A DNA stretch of 64,000 nt from Paracoccaceae bacterium (GCA_041397165.1 JAWKXE010000018.1:17289-81288), one strand, 5' to 3'. Positions 19,637-30,412 are shown, numbered from the stretch's first letter. The notes: generated from the sequence alone by a model not told the origin. Made by a program: numbers and translations.

Positions 19637-19784
19637 CCGGGGGACGCTGTCCCCCGGACCCCCTGGGATATTTACAGTCAGATGAAGTGGCGACCCGATC
19701 CGCTCTTCATCTGACCATAAATATCCCGGGGGCTGGCGACAAAATGCCTTTTGGGCATTTTGCGCCTTGGGGGCTGGCCCCCAA
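19637..19784. repeat. composite palindromic intergenic repeat, family 1 (REP/MITE-like)
   Basis: G5/C5 hairpin ccggggga-cgctg-tcccccgg; the inverted pair ctgggatatttacagtcagatgaag / cttcatctgaccataaatatcccgg; hairpins aaaatgcc-tttt-gggcatttt and ttgggggc-tg-gcccccaa. A related copy is at 30300-30445. Confidence 0.7.
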
Positions 19785-19858
19785 TCCCGCGTCTGGGCAA
19801 TGGACGGCGGCGGAAGGCTGGGCTATCACGCCGCCAGTTTCACCAAGGATGGCTCAGC

Positions 19859-21208
19859 ATGGCGTCTCACGGCACCCCGATCCCGATGACCTCTCACCCC
19901 TGCGGCGCGCTTGCGGGCGAAGCGCAGGTGCCGGGCGACAAGTCGATCTCGCACCGGGCGCTGATCCTGGGGGCCTGTTCCGTCGGAGAGACGGTGATCA
20001 CCGGCCTGCTCGAAGGCGAGGACGTGTTGGCCACCGCCCAGGCGATGCGCGATTTCGGCAGCGAGGTCAGCCGCGATGCGGACGGCACCTGGCATGTGCA
20101 GGGCGTGGGCGTTGGTGGCTTTGCCGAGCCGGCCACGGTCGTCGATTGCGGCAATGCCGGCACCGGGGTGCGGCTGATCATGGGGGTGATGGCGACGCAG
20201 CCGATCACCGCCACCTTCACCGGCGATGCCTCGTTGAATTCGCGCCCCATGGCGCGGGTGACCGACCCGCTCGCCCTGTTCGGCGCGCGGGCGATGGGGC
20301 GGTCGGGCGGGCGGCTGCCGATGACGATCGAAGGCGCCCGGGCGCCGGTGCCGGTGCGCTATACCGTGCCGGTGCCCTCGGCCCAGGTGAAATCCGCCGT
20401 GCTGCTGGCGGGCCTCAACGCCCCGGGCGAAACCGTGGTGATCGAGAAGGAAGCCACCCGCGACCATACCGAGCGGATGCTGGAGGGCTTCGGCGCCGCG
20501 ATCACGGTCGAGGAGACCGAGGAGGGCCGGGTCATCACCCTCAGGGGCCAGCCCGAGCTGAAACCGCAGACCATCGCCGTGCCGCGCGACCCCAGTTCCG
20601 CCGCCTTCCCGGTCTGCGCCGCGCTGATCGTGCCCGGATCGGACGTGCTGGTGCCGGGCATCGGCCTGAACCCGACCCGCGCCGGGTTGTTCGACACGCT
20701 GCGCGAGATGGGCGCCGATCTGAGCTATGAAAACCCCCGCGAAGAGGGCGGCGAGCCGGTGGCCGACCTGCGGGCGCGCTTCTCTCCCGACATGCGCGGG
20801 ATCGAGGTGCCGCCCGAGCGCGCCGCATCCATGATCGACGAATACCCGATCCTCTCGGTCGTGGCGGCCAATGCCGTGGGCGACACGGTGATGCGCGGCG
20901 TCAAGGAGCTGCGCGTCAAGGAGAGCGACCGGATCGAGGCCATGGCGCGGGGCCTGCGCGCCAACGGGGTCGCGGTCGAGGACGGCCCCGACTGGTGGAT
21001 CGTCAAGGGAAGCGGCGCCGGCACCGTGGCGGGCGGCGCCACGGTCGAGACCTTTCTCGACCACCGCATCGCCATGTCCTTCCTGGTGCTCGGCATGGCG
21101 GCGCGGGCGCCGGTCGCGCTGGACGACGGCGCGCCGGTGGCGACTTCCTTCCCGATCTTCGAGCCGCTGATGGCCGGCCTCGGCGCCGATATCCGGCGCG
21201 CGGGCTGA
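19859..21208 (+). CDS. aroA: 3-phosphoshikimate 1-carboxyvinyltransferase (EPSP synthase)
   Basis: ATG at 19859 ([12 protein letters not shown]...). Motifs are [35 protein letters not shown] and DHRIAMSF. Confidence 0.95.
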   Translation: MASHGTPIPMTSHPCGALAGEAQVPGDKSISHRALILGACSVGETVITGLLEGEDVLATAQAMRDFGSEVSRDADGTWHVQGVGVGGFAEPATVVDCGNAGTGVRLIMGVMATQPITATFTGDASLNSRPMARVTDPLALFGARAMGRSGGRLPMTIEGARAPVPVRYTVPVPSAQVKSAVLLAGLNAPGETVVIEKEATRDHTERMLEGFGAAITVEETEEGRVITLRGQPELKPQTIAVPRDPSSAAFPVCAALIVPGSDVLVPGIGLNPTRAGLFDTLREMGADLSYENPREEGGEPVADLRARFSPDMRGIEVPPERAASMIDEYPILSVVAANAVGDTVMRGVKELRVKESDRIEAMARGLRANGVAVEDGPDWWIVKGSGAGTVAGGATVETFLDHRIAMSFLVLGMAARAPVALDDGAPVATSFPIFEPLMAGLGADIRRAG

Positions 21209-21285
21209 CCTGCGGCGAGAGGTCCGGCAGCCTCGGCCGTCAGGCGCTGCTATAAGGTCCCGCGAACAGGAACGAAGGACGCGCC

Positions 21286-21903
21286 ATGCCCCGCACCCTC
21301 TATGCCCATCTGCAGCTTTGGGACCCGGTCGGCCAGATGAAGCTGGACGAAGGTCTGACCTATGGCGGCCAGACCATGTTCTTCGTGCTGGCGGCCGAGG
21401 ATCTGGTGGCCGGCATGGCGCGGCTTCTGGAGGCGGTGCAGGCCAAGCGGCTGGGGCTGATGCGGGTGATCCATGCCGGCTATACCGAGGATTTCAAGCC
21501 CGACGATTACCCGTTCGAACTCGACCTGGCGCCGATGATCGCGGATGCCGAGACGCTGGACAAGATCTGCGCCCTGCCGCCGGTGACCTTCGCCCCCAAC
21601 GCGCTGGTCACGCCGCTCGACGTGACGGTCGCCATCCTCGACCTGGCGCCGGAACACGGCGCCGAGGGCGGTGGCATGATGCTGGCGGCGATGGACGGCA
21701 ATGTTGCCCAGACGGTGCCGGGCCTTCTGACCCATATCCGCGATCAGGGGCTGCGGGTGCGCTCGATCGAGGAAGTGAAGGACGCGACCGAGCATTCCGA
21801 GGGCTATGGCTTCGAGATCGGGATCGAGAAGCTGGTCGAACAGGCCCGCGGCAGCGCGGCGCCGGTCTTCTCGGACGTGCTGGTCTATGGCGGCAAGCGC
21901 TGA
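21286..21903 (+). CDS. hypothetical protein with an internal two-fold repeat
   Basis: 205 aa. The two halves resemble each other: [40 protein letters not shown] versus [39 protein letters not shown]. Confidence 0.55.
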   Translation: MPRTLYAHLQLWDPVGQMKLDEGLTYGGQTMFFVLAAEDLVAGMARLLEAVQAKRLGLMRVIHAGYTEDFKPDDYPFELDLAPMIADAETLDKICALPPVTFAPNALVTPLDVTVAILDLAPEHGAEGGGMMLAAMDGNVAQTVPGLLTHIRDQGLRVRSIEEVKDATEHSEGYGFEIGIEKLVEQARGSAAPVFSDVLVYGGKR

Positions 21904-21933
21904 GCCCGCCGAACTGGACGCCGCGCCGCGACA

Positions 21934-22464
21934 GTGCCAATCTGGGCGGCGATGAGATACCGCGCGCTCTATATCCTGATCAGCCTCGCCACCGCCGGGC
22001 TCTATCTGACCATGGCGCTCTGGACCATGCCCGAGATCAAGCTCGAGGCCGATGGCCAGATGCCGTTCGACCTGCGCCCCTTCGGCTATTCCCCGGCCCA
22101 GGCCGAGGAATTTCTCAACGCGCTGTCCGAGGAGGGCCGGGTGTTCTATGCCGGGGTGCAGCATCGGCTCGATGCGGTGTTCCCGGCGCTTCTGCTGATC
22201 TGGGCGGGCTGGACGGTCTGGCTGCTCTATCGCGGGCCGCTGCGCTGGGGGCTGATCGCGGCGGCGGCGGTCGGTTGCGGTGCGGATTATGCCGAGAACG
22301 CCGCCGTGGCGCGGCTGCTCGACGGGTTCGACATCGACACGGCCAGGACGGCCGCGCATTGGACCATGGCGAAATCGGCGGCGGTTTCGGTGGTTTATGT
22401 GGCGATCCTGTGGTCGGTCGGGCGATGGCTGTGGCGCAGGGTTTTCAAGCGCAGCGCAGGTTGA
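21934..22464 (+). CDS. hypothetical membrane protein
   Basis: About 170 aa with 4 predicted TM helices. The start is ambiguous (GTG at 21934 or ATG at 21952). Confidence 0.5.
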   Translation: MPIWAAMRYRALYILISLATAGLYLTMALWTMPEIKLEADGQMPFDLRPFGYSPAQAEEFLNALSEEGRVFYAGVQHRLDAVFPALLLIWAGWTVWLLYRGPLRWGLIAAAAVGCGADYAENAAVARLLDGFDIDTARTAAHWTMAKSAAVSVVYVAILWSVGRWLWRRVFKRSAG

Positions 22465-22496
22465 TAAGCCCAGGGCCTGAACAGTCGGAGAGTGAG

Positions 22497-23111
22497 ATGC
22501 GCATCACGGTCGCCATCGACGGCCCCGCTGCGGCGGGCAAGGGCACGGTTTCGCGCGCGGTGGCGGCGCATTTCGGGCTGGCGCATCTCGATACCGGGCT
22601 GCTTTACCGCGCGGTGGCGGCGAAGGTGCTGGCGGGCGCCGATCCGGTCGCGGCCGCGCGGGCGCTGGCGGCCGGGGATCTTGGCGGCGACCTGCGCACG
22701 GCCCAGGTGGCGCAGGCGGCGTCCAAAGTGGCGGCGATCCCCGAGGTGCGCGCCGCGCTGGTCGATTTCCAGCGCGCCTTCGCGGCGCGGGCCGGCGGCG
22801 CGGTTCTGGACGGGCGCGATATCGGCACGGTGATCTGCCCCGAGGCCGAGGTGAAGCTCTATGTCACGGCGTCGCCCGAGGTCCGGGCCGAGCGGCGCTT
22901 TCTGGAGCTTTCCGCGACGGGCGCCGAAACCACGCGGGACGCGGTCCTGGCGGATGTGCGGGAACGCGATGCCCGCGATCAGAGCCGCAGCCATGCGCCG
23001 CTGAAACCGGCCGAGGACGCGGTGGTTCTGGACACATCCGAGATGAGCATTGAACAGGCGGTCGCCACGGCCATCGCCGTGATCGAACAGGCAACAGGAG
23101 ACAGGCAATGA
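22497..23111 (+). CDS. cmk: cytidylate kinase
   Basis: ATG at 22497 gives [23 protein letters not shown] (P-loop), followed by LDTGLLYR and [10 protein letters not shown]. Confidence 0.9.
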   Translation: MRITVAIDGPAAAGKGTVSRAVAAHFGLAHLDTGLLYRAVAAKVLAGADPVAAARALAAGDLGGDLRTAQVAQAASKVAAIPEVRAALVDFQRAFAARAGGAVLDGRDIGTVICPEAEVKLYVTASPEVRAERRFLELSATGAETTRDAVLADVRERDARDQSRSHAPLKPAEDAVVLDTSEMSIEQAVATAIAVIEQATGDRQ

Positions 23112-24106
23112 AAACCCGCAAGCTTGGCCAGAACGGCCCCGAAATCGCCGCCGTGGGCTATGGCGCGATGAGCTTTTCCGATTTCTACGGCAAGACCACC
23201 GAGGCCGCCTCGCACGCCGTTCTGGACGCGATGCGCGACTGGGGGGTGAACCATATCGACACCTCGAACATCTATGGCATGGGCCGCTCGGAAGAGTGGA
23301 TCGGCTCCTATCTGGCGAAGAACCCCGGCGCGCGCGGCGAGTTCGTCATCGCCACCAAGGCCGCGATCACCCGCGACGGCGACGGCAAGCGCTGTTTCCG
23401 CAACGACCGGGCGCATCTCGAAGCCGAGCTGGACAAGAGCCTGACGAAGATGGGGGTCGAGCAGGTCGCGCTGTTCTATGTCCATCGCCGCGATCCCGCG
23501 ATGCAGATCGAGGAGGTGACGGAAGGCCTGGTCGAGATCATGAAGACCGGCAAGATCGCCTCCTTCGGCTTTTCCGAGATCGCGCCGGGCAGCCTGCGCC
23601 GCGCCCATGCGGTGCATCCGGTGGCGGCGGTGCAGTCGGAATACAGCTTGCAGACCCGCGCGCCCGAACTGGGCCTGGTGCAGGCCTGCGCCGAACTGGG
23701 CACCGCGCTGGTGGCCTTCTCGCCGGTGGGGCGGTCGCTCCTGACCGACCATCCGCTGCCGAAAGAGGCGATTGCCGATCTGCCCTTCCTGTCGGGGAAC
23801 GAACGCTTCCAGGAGCCGAACCTGACCCGGAACCTGGCCGCGACCGACCGGTTCCGCGCCCTGGCGGCCGAGATGGGCGAACCGGCGGCGGCGCTGGCCA
23901 ATGCCTGGCTGCTGGCCCAGGGCGAGCATATCGTGCCGATCCCCGGCACCCGCTCCGTCGACCATTTCCGCGAATGCGTCCGTGGCGCCGAGATCGCGCT
24001 TTCGACCGAGGATCTGGCCCGGATCGACGCGGTTCTGCCGGTCGGCTGGTGCCACGGCGACCGCTATAATGCGGATCAGTGGATCGGACCGGAACGCTAT
24101 TGCTGA
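23108..24106 (+). CDS. aldo/keto reductase
   Basis: 332 aa with [34 protein letters not shown] and IPIPGTRS. Its ATG overlaps the cmk stop (ATGA). Confidence 0.9.
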   Translation: MKTRKLGQNGPEIAAVGYGAMSFSDFYGKTTEAASHAVLDAMRDWGVNHIDTSNIYGMGRSEEWIGSYLAKNPGARGEFVIATKAAITRDGDGKRCFRNDRAHLEAELDKSLTKMGVEQVALFYVHRRDPAMQIEEVTEGLVEIMKTGKIASFGFSEIAPGSLRRAHAVHPVAAVQSEYSLQTRAPELGLVQACAELGTALVAFSPVGRSLLTDHPLPKEAIADLPFLSGNERFQEPNLTRNLAATDRFRALAAEMGEPAAALANAWLLAQGEHIVPIPGTRSVDHFRECVRGAEIALSTEDLARIDAVLPVGWCHGDRYNADQWIGPERYC

Positions 24107-24113
24107 GCGCCGG

Positions 24114-24137
24114 GGAAGGCCGTTCGAACGGCCTTCC
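24114..24137. terminator. perfect 24-nt palindrome between convergent genes (bidirectional terminator or REP candidate)
   Basis: ggaaggccgttcgaacggccttcc, followed by a second imperfect hairpin gcaagc...gcttgc. Confidence 0.45.
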
Positions 24138-24165
24138 GCAAGCTCGCTCGAGCGGCTTGCCCGGC

Positions 24166-25197
24166 TCAATAGCGCCGGTTCACCCGTCGCGGCGCGCGGA
24201 CCCGACCCTTGGAGCGTTCGCGCAGGAAGACGAAGAGGCCGGCGCCGACGATAAGAAGGATGCCGACCAGCACCCAGAACCCGGGCAGTTCGCCCCAGAT
24301 CATCCAGCCCCAGAAGATCGCCAGCGGCAGGCCGGTATATTCGAACGGCGCCACCGTCGCCGCCGCGGCCATGCGATAGGCCTGCGATATGGTGTAACCG
24401 ATCACCGCCGAATTCAGCCCCAGCCCCAGGAACAGCCAGCGGTCGGTGCCTTCGGGCAGCACCCAGTCGCGCAACAGGAAGCGCAGGCTCTCGTTCTCGA
24501 CCGCGTCCTCATAGCGGCCGTCGCCCACCGTCAGCCAGACCAGCAGCGACACCAGGATGAACATCCCCTGGATATAGACCGCCATGGCCGAGGCCTTCGA
24601 GGTGACGCCCAGCTTGCGGGTCAGCACCTGGTTCAGCGCATAGGTCGCGGCCGAAAGGACCGGCAGCGCCAGGATCCAGCGGCTGACCCCGCCCGGCGCC
24701 TCGCGGGCCCAGGGCTGCATCATCAGCACGACGCCGAAGAAGCCCACCACCACGGCGCCCAGCCGCATCGGCCCCACCTTTTCGCCCAGGATCGGGATCG
24801 ACAGCAGGGTGATCATCAGCGGCGCCACGAAGAACAGCGCGGTCGCATCCGCCAGCGGGATCACCGCCAGCGCGGTGAAATAGGTCAGGTTCGACACCAC
24901 GATGACGAAGCCGCGCAGCGCGTGCAGGCCGGGGGTGGCGGTGCGCAGGATGCTCCAGCCGCCTTCGAGCTGCACCAGGATCAGCGAAAAGCACAGGCCG
25001 ATGGCCGAGCGGATCAGCACGATTTCATGCAGCGGATAGCCGCCCGAAAGCTGCTTGACCAGCATGTCGTTGATCGAGATCGCCACCATGGCGACCACGA
25101 TGAAGGCGATCCCGGCGCCGGGGCGGTTCTGGGCGCTGGGCGGCGCGGGGGCGGTCGGCGCGGTCATGGCGGTTCCTTTCCGGGTCCGCGCTAACAT
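24166..25197 (-). CDS. DMT-superfamily (EamA-like) transporter
   Basis: 343 aa with about 10 TM helices arranged as two EamA-like halves. The start may be the ATG at 25167. Confidence 0.8.
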   Translation of the reverse strand: MLARTRKGTAMTAPTAPAPPSAQNRPGAGIAFIVVAMVAISINDMLVKQLSGGYPLHEIVLIRSAIGLCFSLILVQLEGGWSILRTATPGLHALRGFVIVVSNLTYFTALAVIPLADATALFFVAPLMITLLSIPILGEKVGPMRLGAVVVGFFGVVLMMQPWAREAPGGVSRWILALPVLSAATYALNQVLTRKLGVTSKASAMAVYIQGMFILVSLLVWLTVGDGRYEDAVENESLRFLLRDWVLPEGTDRWLFLGLGLNSAVIGYTISQAYRMAAAATVAPFEYTGLPLAIFWGWMIWGELPGFWVLVGILLIVGAGLFVFLRERSKGRVRAPRRVNRRY

Positions 25198-25330
25198 GTG
25201 GCGCCGGGCAGGGGAATAGCGCGCCTGCCGCCCGGCGCGTGACTTTTATGCCGATGACGCGGGGGAATTTTCCGGTCGGTGCGTCATCGGCACGGGGGGC
25301 TGCCTTGTCTCTTCACGCCCGCGCCTCTAC

Positions 25331-26134
25331 ATGGGCTGGATGAAACGCTTCATCCCCTTCGTCAAGACGCCCGCCCGGGTCGCGGTGATCCGGCTGCAGG
25401 GTGCCATCGGCACCGGCCGGCTGCCGCTGAACGACGAAGCTTTGGCGCCGGTCATCGACCGCGCCTTCAAGCGCGGCAAGCCGCGGGCGGTGGCGCTTCT
25501 GATCAATTCGCCCGGCGGCAGCCCGGTGCAAAGCGCCCGCATCGCGTCGCGCATCCGCCGGCTGGCCGAGGAAAAGGCCATCCCCGTCCATGCCTTCGTC
25601 GAGGACGTGGCGGCCTCGGGCGGGTACTGGCTGGCCTGCGCGGCGGATGACATCTTTGCCGACAAGGCCTCGATCGTCGGCTCGATCGGGGTGATCTCGG
25701 GCGGCTTCGGCGCGCAGGAGTTCATCGCCCGCCACGGCATCGAACGGCGCATCTATACCGCCGGCGCGTCGAAATCGCAGCTCGACCCGTTCCGCGCGGA
25801 AAACCCCGAGGACGTGGCGCGGCTGAAAGCCATCCTGGAACAGATGCACGAGGTCTTCATCGACCACGTCCGCAGCGGCCGGGGCGACCGGCTGAGCGCC
25901 GATGAACGGCTCTTCACCGGCGAGTTCTGGCTGGCCGGGCAGGCGCGCGAGCTGGGCCTGATCGACGGCATCGCGCATCTCGAACCGAAGCTGAAAGAGC
26001 TTTACGGCAAGGATGTGAAGCTGATCCCCTATGGCCGCCGCAAGGGCTGGATGAGCCGCTTCGGCGCCGCCCTGGCGGGCGATGCGCTGGCCATGGTGGA
26101 AGAGCGCACGCTCTGGGCGCGATACGGGTTGTGA
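25331..26134 (+). CDS. S49-family peptidase (SppA-like)
   Basis: 267 aa with INSPGGSPVQS, DVAASGGYWLACAAD (Ser nucleophile context) and GSIGV. Confidence 0.85.
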   Translation: MGWMKRFIPFVKTPARVAVIRLQGAIGTGRLPLNDEALAPVIDRAFKRGKPRAVALLINSPGGSPVQSARIASRIRRLAEEKAIPVHAFVEDVAASGGYWLACAADDIFADKASIVGSIGVISGGFGAQEFIARHGIERRIYTAGASKSQLDPFRAENPEDVARLKAILEQMHEVFIDHVRSGRGDRLSADERLFTGEFWLAGQARELGLIDGIAHLEPKLKELYGKDVKLIPYGRRKGWMSRFGAALAGDALAMVEERTLWARYGL

Positions 26135-26138
26135 CGGG

Positions 26139-26300
26139 ATGCTGAGCAAGGTCGTCCTGCTGTTCCTGGTCTTCATCGCGGTGCTTGGCATGTTCGGCAA
26201 ACTGCGCCTTCCGGGCGCGAAACGGTTGGGTGGTGCGCGTTGCCCGCAGTGCGGGCGGCCGCGGATCGGGCGGGGCCCGTGCCCCTGCGGGAAGGGGTAA
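26139..26300 (+). CDS. small membrane-anchored Cys-rich protein (53 aa)
   Basis: MLSKVVLLFLVFIAVLGMFG (TM helix) followed by CPQCGRPRIGRGPCPCGKG (zinc-ribbon-like CxxC...CxC). It is packed tightly between the S49 peptidase and the antiporter. Confidence 0.5.
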   Translation: MLSKVVLLFLVFIAVLGMFGKLRLPGAKRLGGARCPQCGRPRIGRGPCPCGKG

Positions 26301-26303
26301 GGC

Positions 26304-27263
26304 ATGGATTGGCTTTTCGCGGGGCTGGGTCTGATCATCCTGCTCTTGGCGGGCGACAGCCTGGTGCGCGGCGCGGTGAACATGAGCCTGCGGCTGGGCG
26401 TGCCGGCGCTGATCGTGTCGCTGACCATCGTCGCCTTCGGCACCTCGGCGCCCGAGCTTCTGATCGCCATTTCGGCGGTGCGCGACGGCGCGCCGGACAT
26501 CGCCCTGGGCAATGTGGTGGGCTCGAACACCGCCAACGTCCTGCTGGTGCTGGGCCTGCCGGCGCTGCTGGCGACGCTGCACTCCTCGCAATGCGAGACG
26601 CGGAAGAACTTCATCTTCATGCTGACCGGCACGATCCTGTTCATCGGCCTGGCCTTCCGCGGCGAATTCGACTGGATCGCCGGGGTGATCCTGCTTCTGG
26701 CGCTGAGCTTCATCCTGGGCGACAGCTTCCTTCACGCCCGCCGCCACCGCCGCGAGATGGCCGGCCTGGCGCTCGAGATGAGCGAGGAGGACGAGGTCGA
26801 GGGCGCCGATCCCGACATGCCGTGGTGGAAGATCCTGCTGTTTCTGGCGCTGGGCCTCGTTGGCCTGCCCCTTGGGGCCGACCTGCTGGTCGATGCCTCG
26901 ATCAATATCGCGCGGATGTTCGGCGTGTCCGAGGTGGTGATCGGCCTGACGCTGGTCGCGGTCGGCACCTCGCTGCCGGAACTGGCGACCACGGTGATGG
27001 CGGCGGTGCGTGGCCAGGCCGACGTGGCGCTGGGCAATGTGATCGGGTCGAACATGTTCAACCTGCTGGCCATCATCGGCATCACCTCGCTGATCGGGAC
27101 GGTCCCGGTGGCGGCCGAATTCATGAACTTCGATCTCTGGGTGATGCTGGCGGCTTCGGCGCTGCTGATCCCCTTCGTCTTCCTGCGCCAGGACATCACG
27201 CGGGCCTGGGGCGTGGCCCTGACCGGGCTTTACGGCGCCTATGTCGTGGCGGTGCTGGTATGA
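26304..27263 (+). CDS. Ca2+/Na+ antiporter (CaCA family, YrbG-like)
   Basis: 319 aa with two alpha-repeat motifs: GTSAPELLIA...GNVVGSN and GTSLPELATT...GNVIGSN. Confidence 0.9.
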   Translation: MDWLFAGLGLIILLLAGDSLVRGAVNMSLRLGVPALIVSLTIVAFGTSAPELLIAISAVRDGAPDIALGNVVGSNTANVLLVLGLPALLATLHSSQCETRKNFIFMLTGTILFIGLAFRGEFDWIAGVILLLALSFILGDSFLHARRHRREMAGLALEMSEEDEVEGADPDMPWWKILLFLALGLVGLPLGADLLVDASINIARMFGVSEVVIGLTLVAVGTSLPELATTVMAAVRGQADVALGNVIGSNMFNLLAIIGITSLIGTVPVAAEFMNFDLWVMLAASALLIPFVFLRQDITRAWGVALTGLYGAYVVAVLV

Positions 27264-28054
27264 GCGGGGCGGCGCCCGGCAAGGCCCTGATCACCGGCGG
27301 GGCCGACCGGCTGGGCGCGGTGATGGCGCGATACCTTGCCGCGCGCGGCTGGGACGTGGCGGTGCATTACCACTCCAGCGCGGCGAAGGCCGACGCCCTG
27401 GTCGATGCGCTGCGCGGCAGCGGCGTCCGGGCGGTGGCGCTGCAGGCCGATCTGCTGGACGAGGGCGCGGTCGAGCCGCTGGTCGCGCGGGCGGCCGAGG
27501 CGCTGGGCGGGCCGCTGACCTGCCTGATCAACAACGCCTCGATCTTCGAATACGACACGCTGAAGACCGGCACCCGGTCCAGTTGGGACCGGCATATCGA
27601 ATCGAACCTGCGCGCGCCCTTCGTGCTGAGCCAGCGCTTCGCGGCGCAGGCGCCGGCGGCGGTTCCGGACGCGCTGGGCGAGCCGCGGGCGCGGGCGCTG
27701 ATCGTGAACATGATCGACCAGCGGGTGCGCAAGCTGACGCCCGAGTTCGCCTCCTATACCATCGCCAAGATGGGGCTCTGGGCGCTGACCCAGACGGCGG
27801 CGCAGGGTTTGGCGCCGGACGTGCGGGTAAACGCCATCGGCCCCGGGCCGACGCTGATCGGTGCCCGCCAGTCCGAGGCGCATTTCGCCCGGCAGCGCGC
27901 CAACACCGTGCTGGGGCGCGGGTCGAACCCCGAGGATATCGCCGCCGCGCTGGGCTATTTCCTCGACGCGCCGGCCGTCACCGGTCAGCTTCTCTGCGTC
28001 GATGGCGGTCAACATCTGGGTTGGAAGACCCCCGACATTCTGGGCCTCGAATAA
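27260..28054 (+). CDS. SDR-family oxidoreductase (pteridine-reductase-like)
   Basis: ATG at 27260 overlaps the upstream stop. Motifs are ALITGGADRLG, NNAS, YTIAKMGL (YxxxK) and VNAIGPGP. Confidence 0.8.
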   Translation: MSGAAPGKALITGGADRLGAVMARYLAARGWDVAVHYHSSAAKADALVDALRGSGVRAVALQADLLDEGAVEPLVARAAEALGGPLTCLINNASIFEYDTLKTGTRSSWDRHIESNLRAPFVLSQRFAAQAPAAVPDALGEPRARALIVNMIDQRVRKLTPEFASYTIAKMGLWALTQTAAQGLAPDVRVNAIGPGPTLIGARQSEAHFARQRANTVLGRGSNPEDIAAALGYFLDAPAVTGQLLCVDGGQHLGWKTPDILGLE

Positions 28055-28086
28055 CCCGCCGCGAGGGGCGGGAAACCGCCCCGGCA

Positions 28087-28380
28087 GAGCCGAAAATGCG
28101 CATCCTCGAGAAAAGTTTTGCACGGCGCGCGGAAGCGTTACAAACGCGTTACAAAATCTTTAATGTTTTCAATATTTTGCTGGATGGTTGAAAAATTACT
28201 GTTTGAAAACAGAGCGTTACGATTGCGCCCAATTTTTAGGCAAATCAAGGAAGCGGGCCGAAAACAACGAAAATTTCCCGCTCGCGCCGCAATACCCACC
28301 GAGTTATCCACAGATTTGGTGGATGCCTTTTATCTTGCTCTCGACCACGGGACGTTGCAGCAGAGGGGGGAATCAATATC
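28087..28380. promoter_or_regulatory. AT-rich intergenic island upstream of uvrC with a DnaA-box 9-mer and phased GCGTTAC repeats
   Basis: ttatccaca at 28304-28312. GCGTTAC at 28135, 28146 (11-bp phase) and 28214. Palindrome ctgttt-ga-aaacag at 28199-28212. The local composition is far below the window's G+C. Confidence 0.4.
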
Positions 28381-28389
28381 TTGCGTATC

Positions 28390-30279
28390 ATGACGACGAC
28401 TTCCGACCCAGAGACCGGCGAAACCCCGCCCGCGCCCGTCACCGGGCACGCGGTGATCGCGGGCTATCTCAAGACGCTCGACGGCTCGCCCGGGGTCTAC
28501 CGGATGCTCGATGCCCAGGCGCGGGTGCTCTATGTCGGCAAGGCGCGCAACCTGCGCGCGCGGGTGTCGAGCTATGCCCGGCCCGGCGGGCATTCGGGGC
28601 GGATCGCGCGGATGATCCGCGAAACCGCCTCGATGATGTTCCTGACGACGCGGACCGAGACCGAGGCGCTGCTCTTGGAGCAGAACCTGATCAAGCAGCT
28701 GAAGCCGCGCTATAACGTGCTGTTGCGCGACGACAAGTCCTTCCCCAACGTGCTGGTCACCGACCATCCGTTCCCGATGATCAAGAAGCATCGCGGGGCG
28801 AAGAAGGAGAAGGGCAGCTATTATGGCCCCTTCGCCAGCGCCGGCGCGGTGAACCGGGCGCTGGCGCAGTTGCAGCGGGTGTTCCTGTTGCGCAACTGCT
28901 CGGACGCGATGTTCGAAAGCCGCACCCGGCCCTGCCTGCAATACCAGATCAAGCGCTGCACCGCGCCCTGCGTCGGCAAGCTGTCCGAGGCCGACTATGC
29001 CGACGCGGTGCGCGATGCCGAACGCTATCTTTCGGGGCGGTCGACCCAGATCCAGGAAAAGCTGGCGGGCGAGATGCAGGCGGCCTCGGACGCGATGGAA
29101 TTCGAGAAGGCCGCCGCCCTGCGCGACCGGATCAAGGCGCTGACCCAGGTGCAGACGGCGCAGGGCATCAACCCGCGCGCCACGGCCGAGGCCGATGTGA
29201 TCGCGCTGCATCTGGACAGTGGCCAGGCCTGCGTGCAGGTCTTCTTCATCCGTGGCAACCAGAACTGGGGCAACCGCGATTTCTATCCCCGGGTGGGCAG
29301 CGACGAGATCGAGGCGGCCGAGGTGCTGGAGGCCTTCATCGGCCAGTTCTACGACGCGCACGAGCCGCCGAAGCAGCTGTTGCTGTCGCACGCGATCGAA
29401 GATGCCGATCTGATGGCCGAGGCGCTGTCCGGCAAGGCCGGCCGCAAGGTCGAGCTGCTGCTGCCGCAGCGGGGCGAGAAGGCCGAGCTGGTGGAAAGCG
29501 CGGCACGCAACGCCCGCGAAAGCCTGGCGCGGCGCATGGCCGAGACGGCGACCCAGGCGAAGCTGCTCAGGGGCGTGGCCGAGGCCTTCGGGCTGGAGCG
29601 CCCGCCGGCGCGGATCGAGGTCTATGACAACAGCCACATCCAGGGCGCATATGCGGTGGGTGCGATGATCGTGGCCGGGCCCGAGGGGTTCATGAAGAAC
29701 GCCTATCGCAAGTTCAACATCCGCGGCGACGACCTGACCCCGGGCGACGATTTCGGCATGATGAAAGAGGTGCTGACCCGGCGCTTCAAGCGGCTGTTGA
29801 AGGAGGATCCCGAGCGGGAAGAGGGCCATTGGCCCGACCTGCTGCTGATCGACGGCGGGGCGGGGCAGGTTTCCGCCGTCAAGGCGATCATGGATCAGAT
29901 GGGGGTCGCCGATATTCCGATGGTGGGGGTGGCGAAGGGGATCGACCGCGATGCCGGCAAGGAGGAGTTCCACCGCCCCGGCGCGCGGCCCTTCGCGCTG
30001 CGCCACAACGATCCGGTGCTTTACTTCATCCAGCGGCTCAGGGACGAGGCGCACCGCTTTGCCATCGGCACCCACCGCGCCAAGCGGGCCAAGGCGGTGG
30101 GGGCGACGCCGCTCGACGACATCCCCGGCGTCGGCGCGACGCGCAAGCGCGCGCTGCTGCAGCATTTCGGTTCGGCCAAGGCGGTCAGCCGGGCGGCGCT
30201 GGCCGATCTGAAGGCGGTCGAGGGGGTGTCGGACAATCTGGCCGAGACGATCTACGACTTCTTCCACGAGCAGGGCTGA
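28390..30279 (+). CDS. uvrC: excinuclease ABC subunit C
   Basis: GIY-YIG N-terminus ([25 protein letters not shown]), a UvrBC domain, an endonuclease V-like domain and a C-terminal (HhH)2 ([18 protein letters not shown]). The ORF opens at 28381 (TTG); ATG 28390 is preferred. Confidence 0.93.
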   Translation: MTTTSDPETGETPPAPVTGHAVIAGYLKTLDGSPGVYRMLDAQARVLYVGKARNLRARVSSYARPGGHSGRIARMIRETASMMFLTTRTETEALLLEQNLIKQLKPRYNVLLRDDKSFPNVLVTDHPFPMIKKHRGAKKEKGSYYGPFASAGAVNRALAQLQRVFLLRNCSDAMFESRTRPCLQYQIKRCTAPCVGKLSEADYADAVRDAERYLSGRSTQIQEKLAGEMQAASDAMEFEKAAALRDRIKALTQVQTAQGINPRATAEADVIALHLDSGQACVQVFFIRGNQNWGNRDFYPRVGSDEIEAAEVLEAFIGQFYDAHEPPKQLLLSHAIEDADLMAEALSGKAGRKVELLLPQRGEKAELVESAARNARESLARRMAETATQAKLLRGVAEAFGLERPPARIEVYDNSHIQGAYAVGAMIVAGPEGFMKNAYRKFNIRGDDLTPGDDFGMMKEVLTRRFKRLLKEDPEREEGHWPDLLLIDGGAGQVSAVKAIMDQMGVADIPMVGVAKGIDRDAGKEEFHRPGARPFALRHNDPVLYFIQRLRDEAHRFAIGTHRAKRAKAVGATPLDDIPGVGATRKRALLQHFGSAKAVSRAALADLKAVEGVSDNLAETIYDFFHEQG

Positions 30280-30325
30280 GGCGGTGTGATCCGGATGAGG
30301 GCCTGCGGCCCGCAGGTTTCGTTAT

Positions 30326-30412
30326 GCTGGGGGGCCAGCCCCCCAGACCACACGAAAGCTGGGGGGCCAGCCCCCCAGACCACACGAAAGCTGGGGGGCC
30401 AGCCCCCCAGAC
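30326..30412. repeat. 32-bp tandem repeat, about 2.7 copies, each unit a G6/C6 hairpin
   Basis: The unit is gctggggggccagccccccagaccacacgaaa, at 30326-30357 and 30358-30389, with a partial third copy. It runs into gggatatttccggtcagatgaag (30418-30440), the family-1 core also seen at 19663. Confidence 0.85.

Noticed and set aside
28199-28212. E. coli-type LexA box (CTGT...ACAG).
   Set aside because: The spacer is N6 rather than N8, and alphaproteobacterial LexA recognises a direct repeat instead. It is kept only as an unexplained palindrome within the AT-rich island finding.
30326-30412. Possible CRISPR array, given the regular 32-bp repeats.
   Set aside because: The units are directly abutting with no spacers, there are only about 2.7 copies, no cas genes are in the window, and the unit belongs to an intergenic hairpin repeat family.
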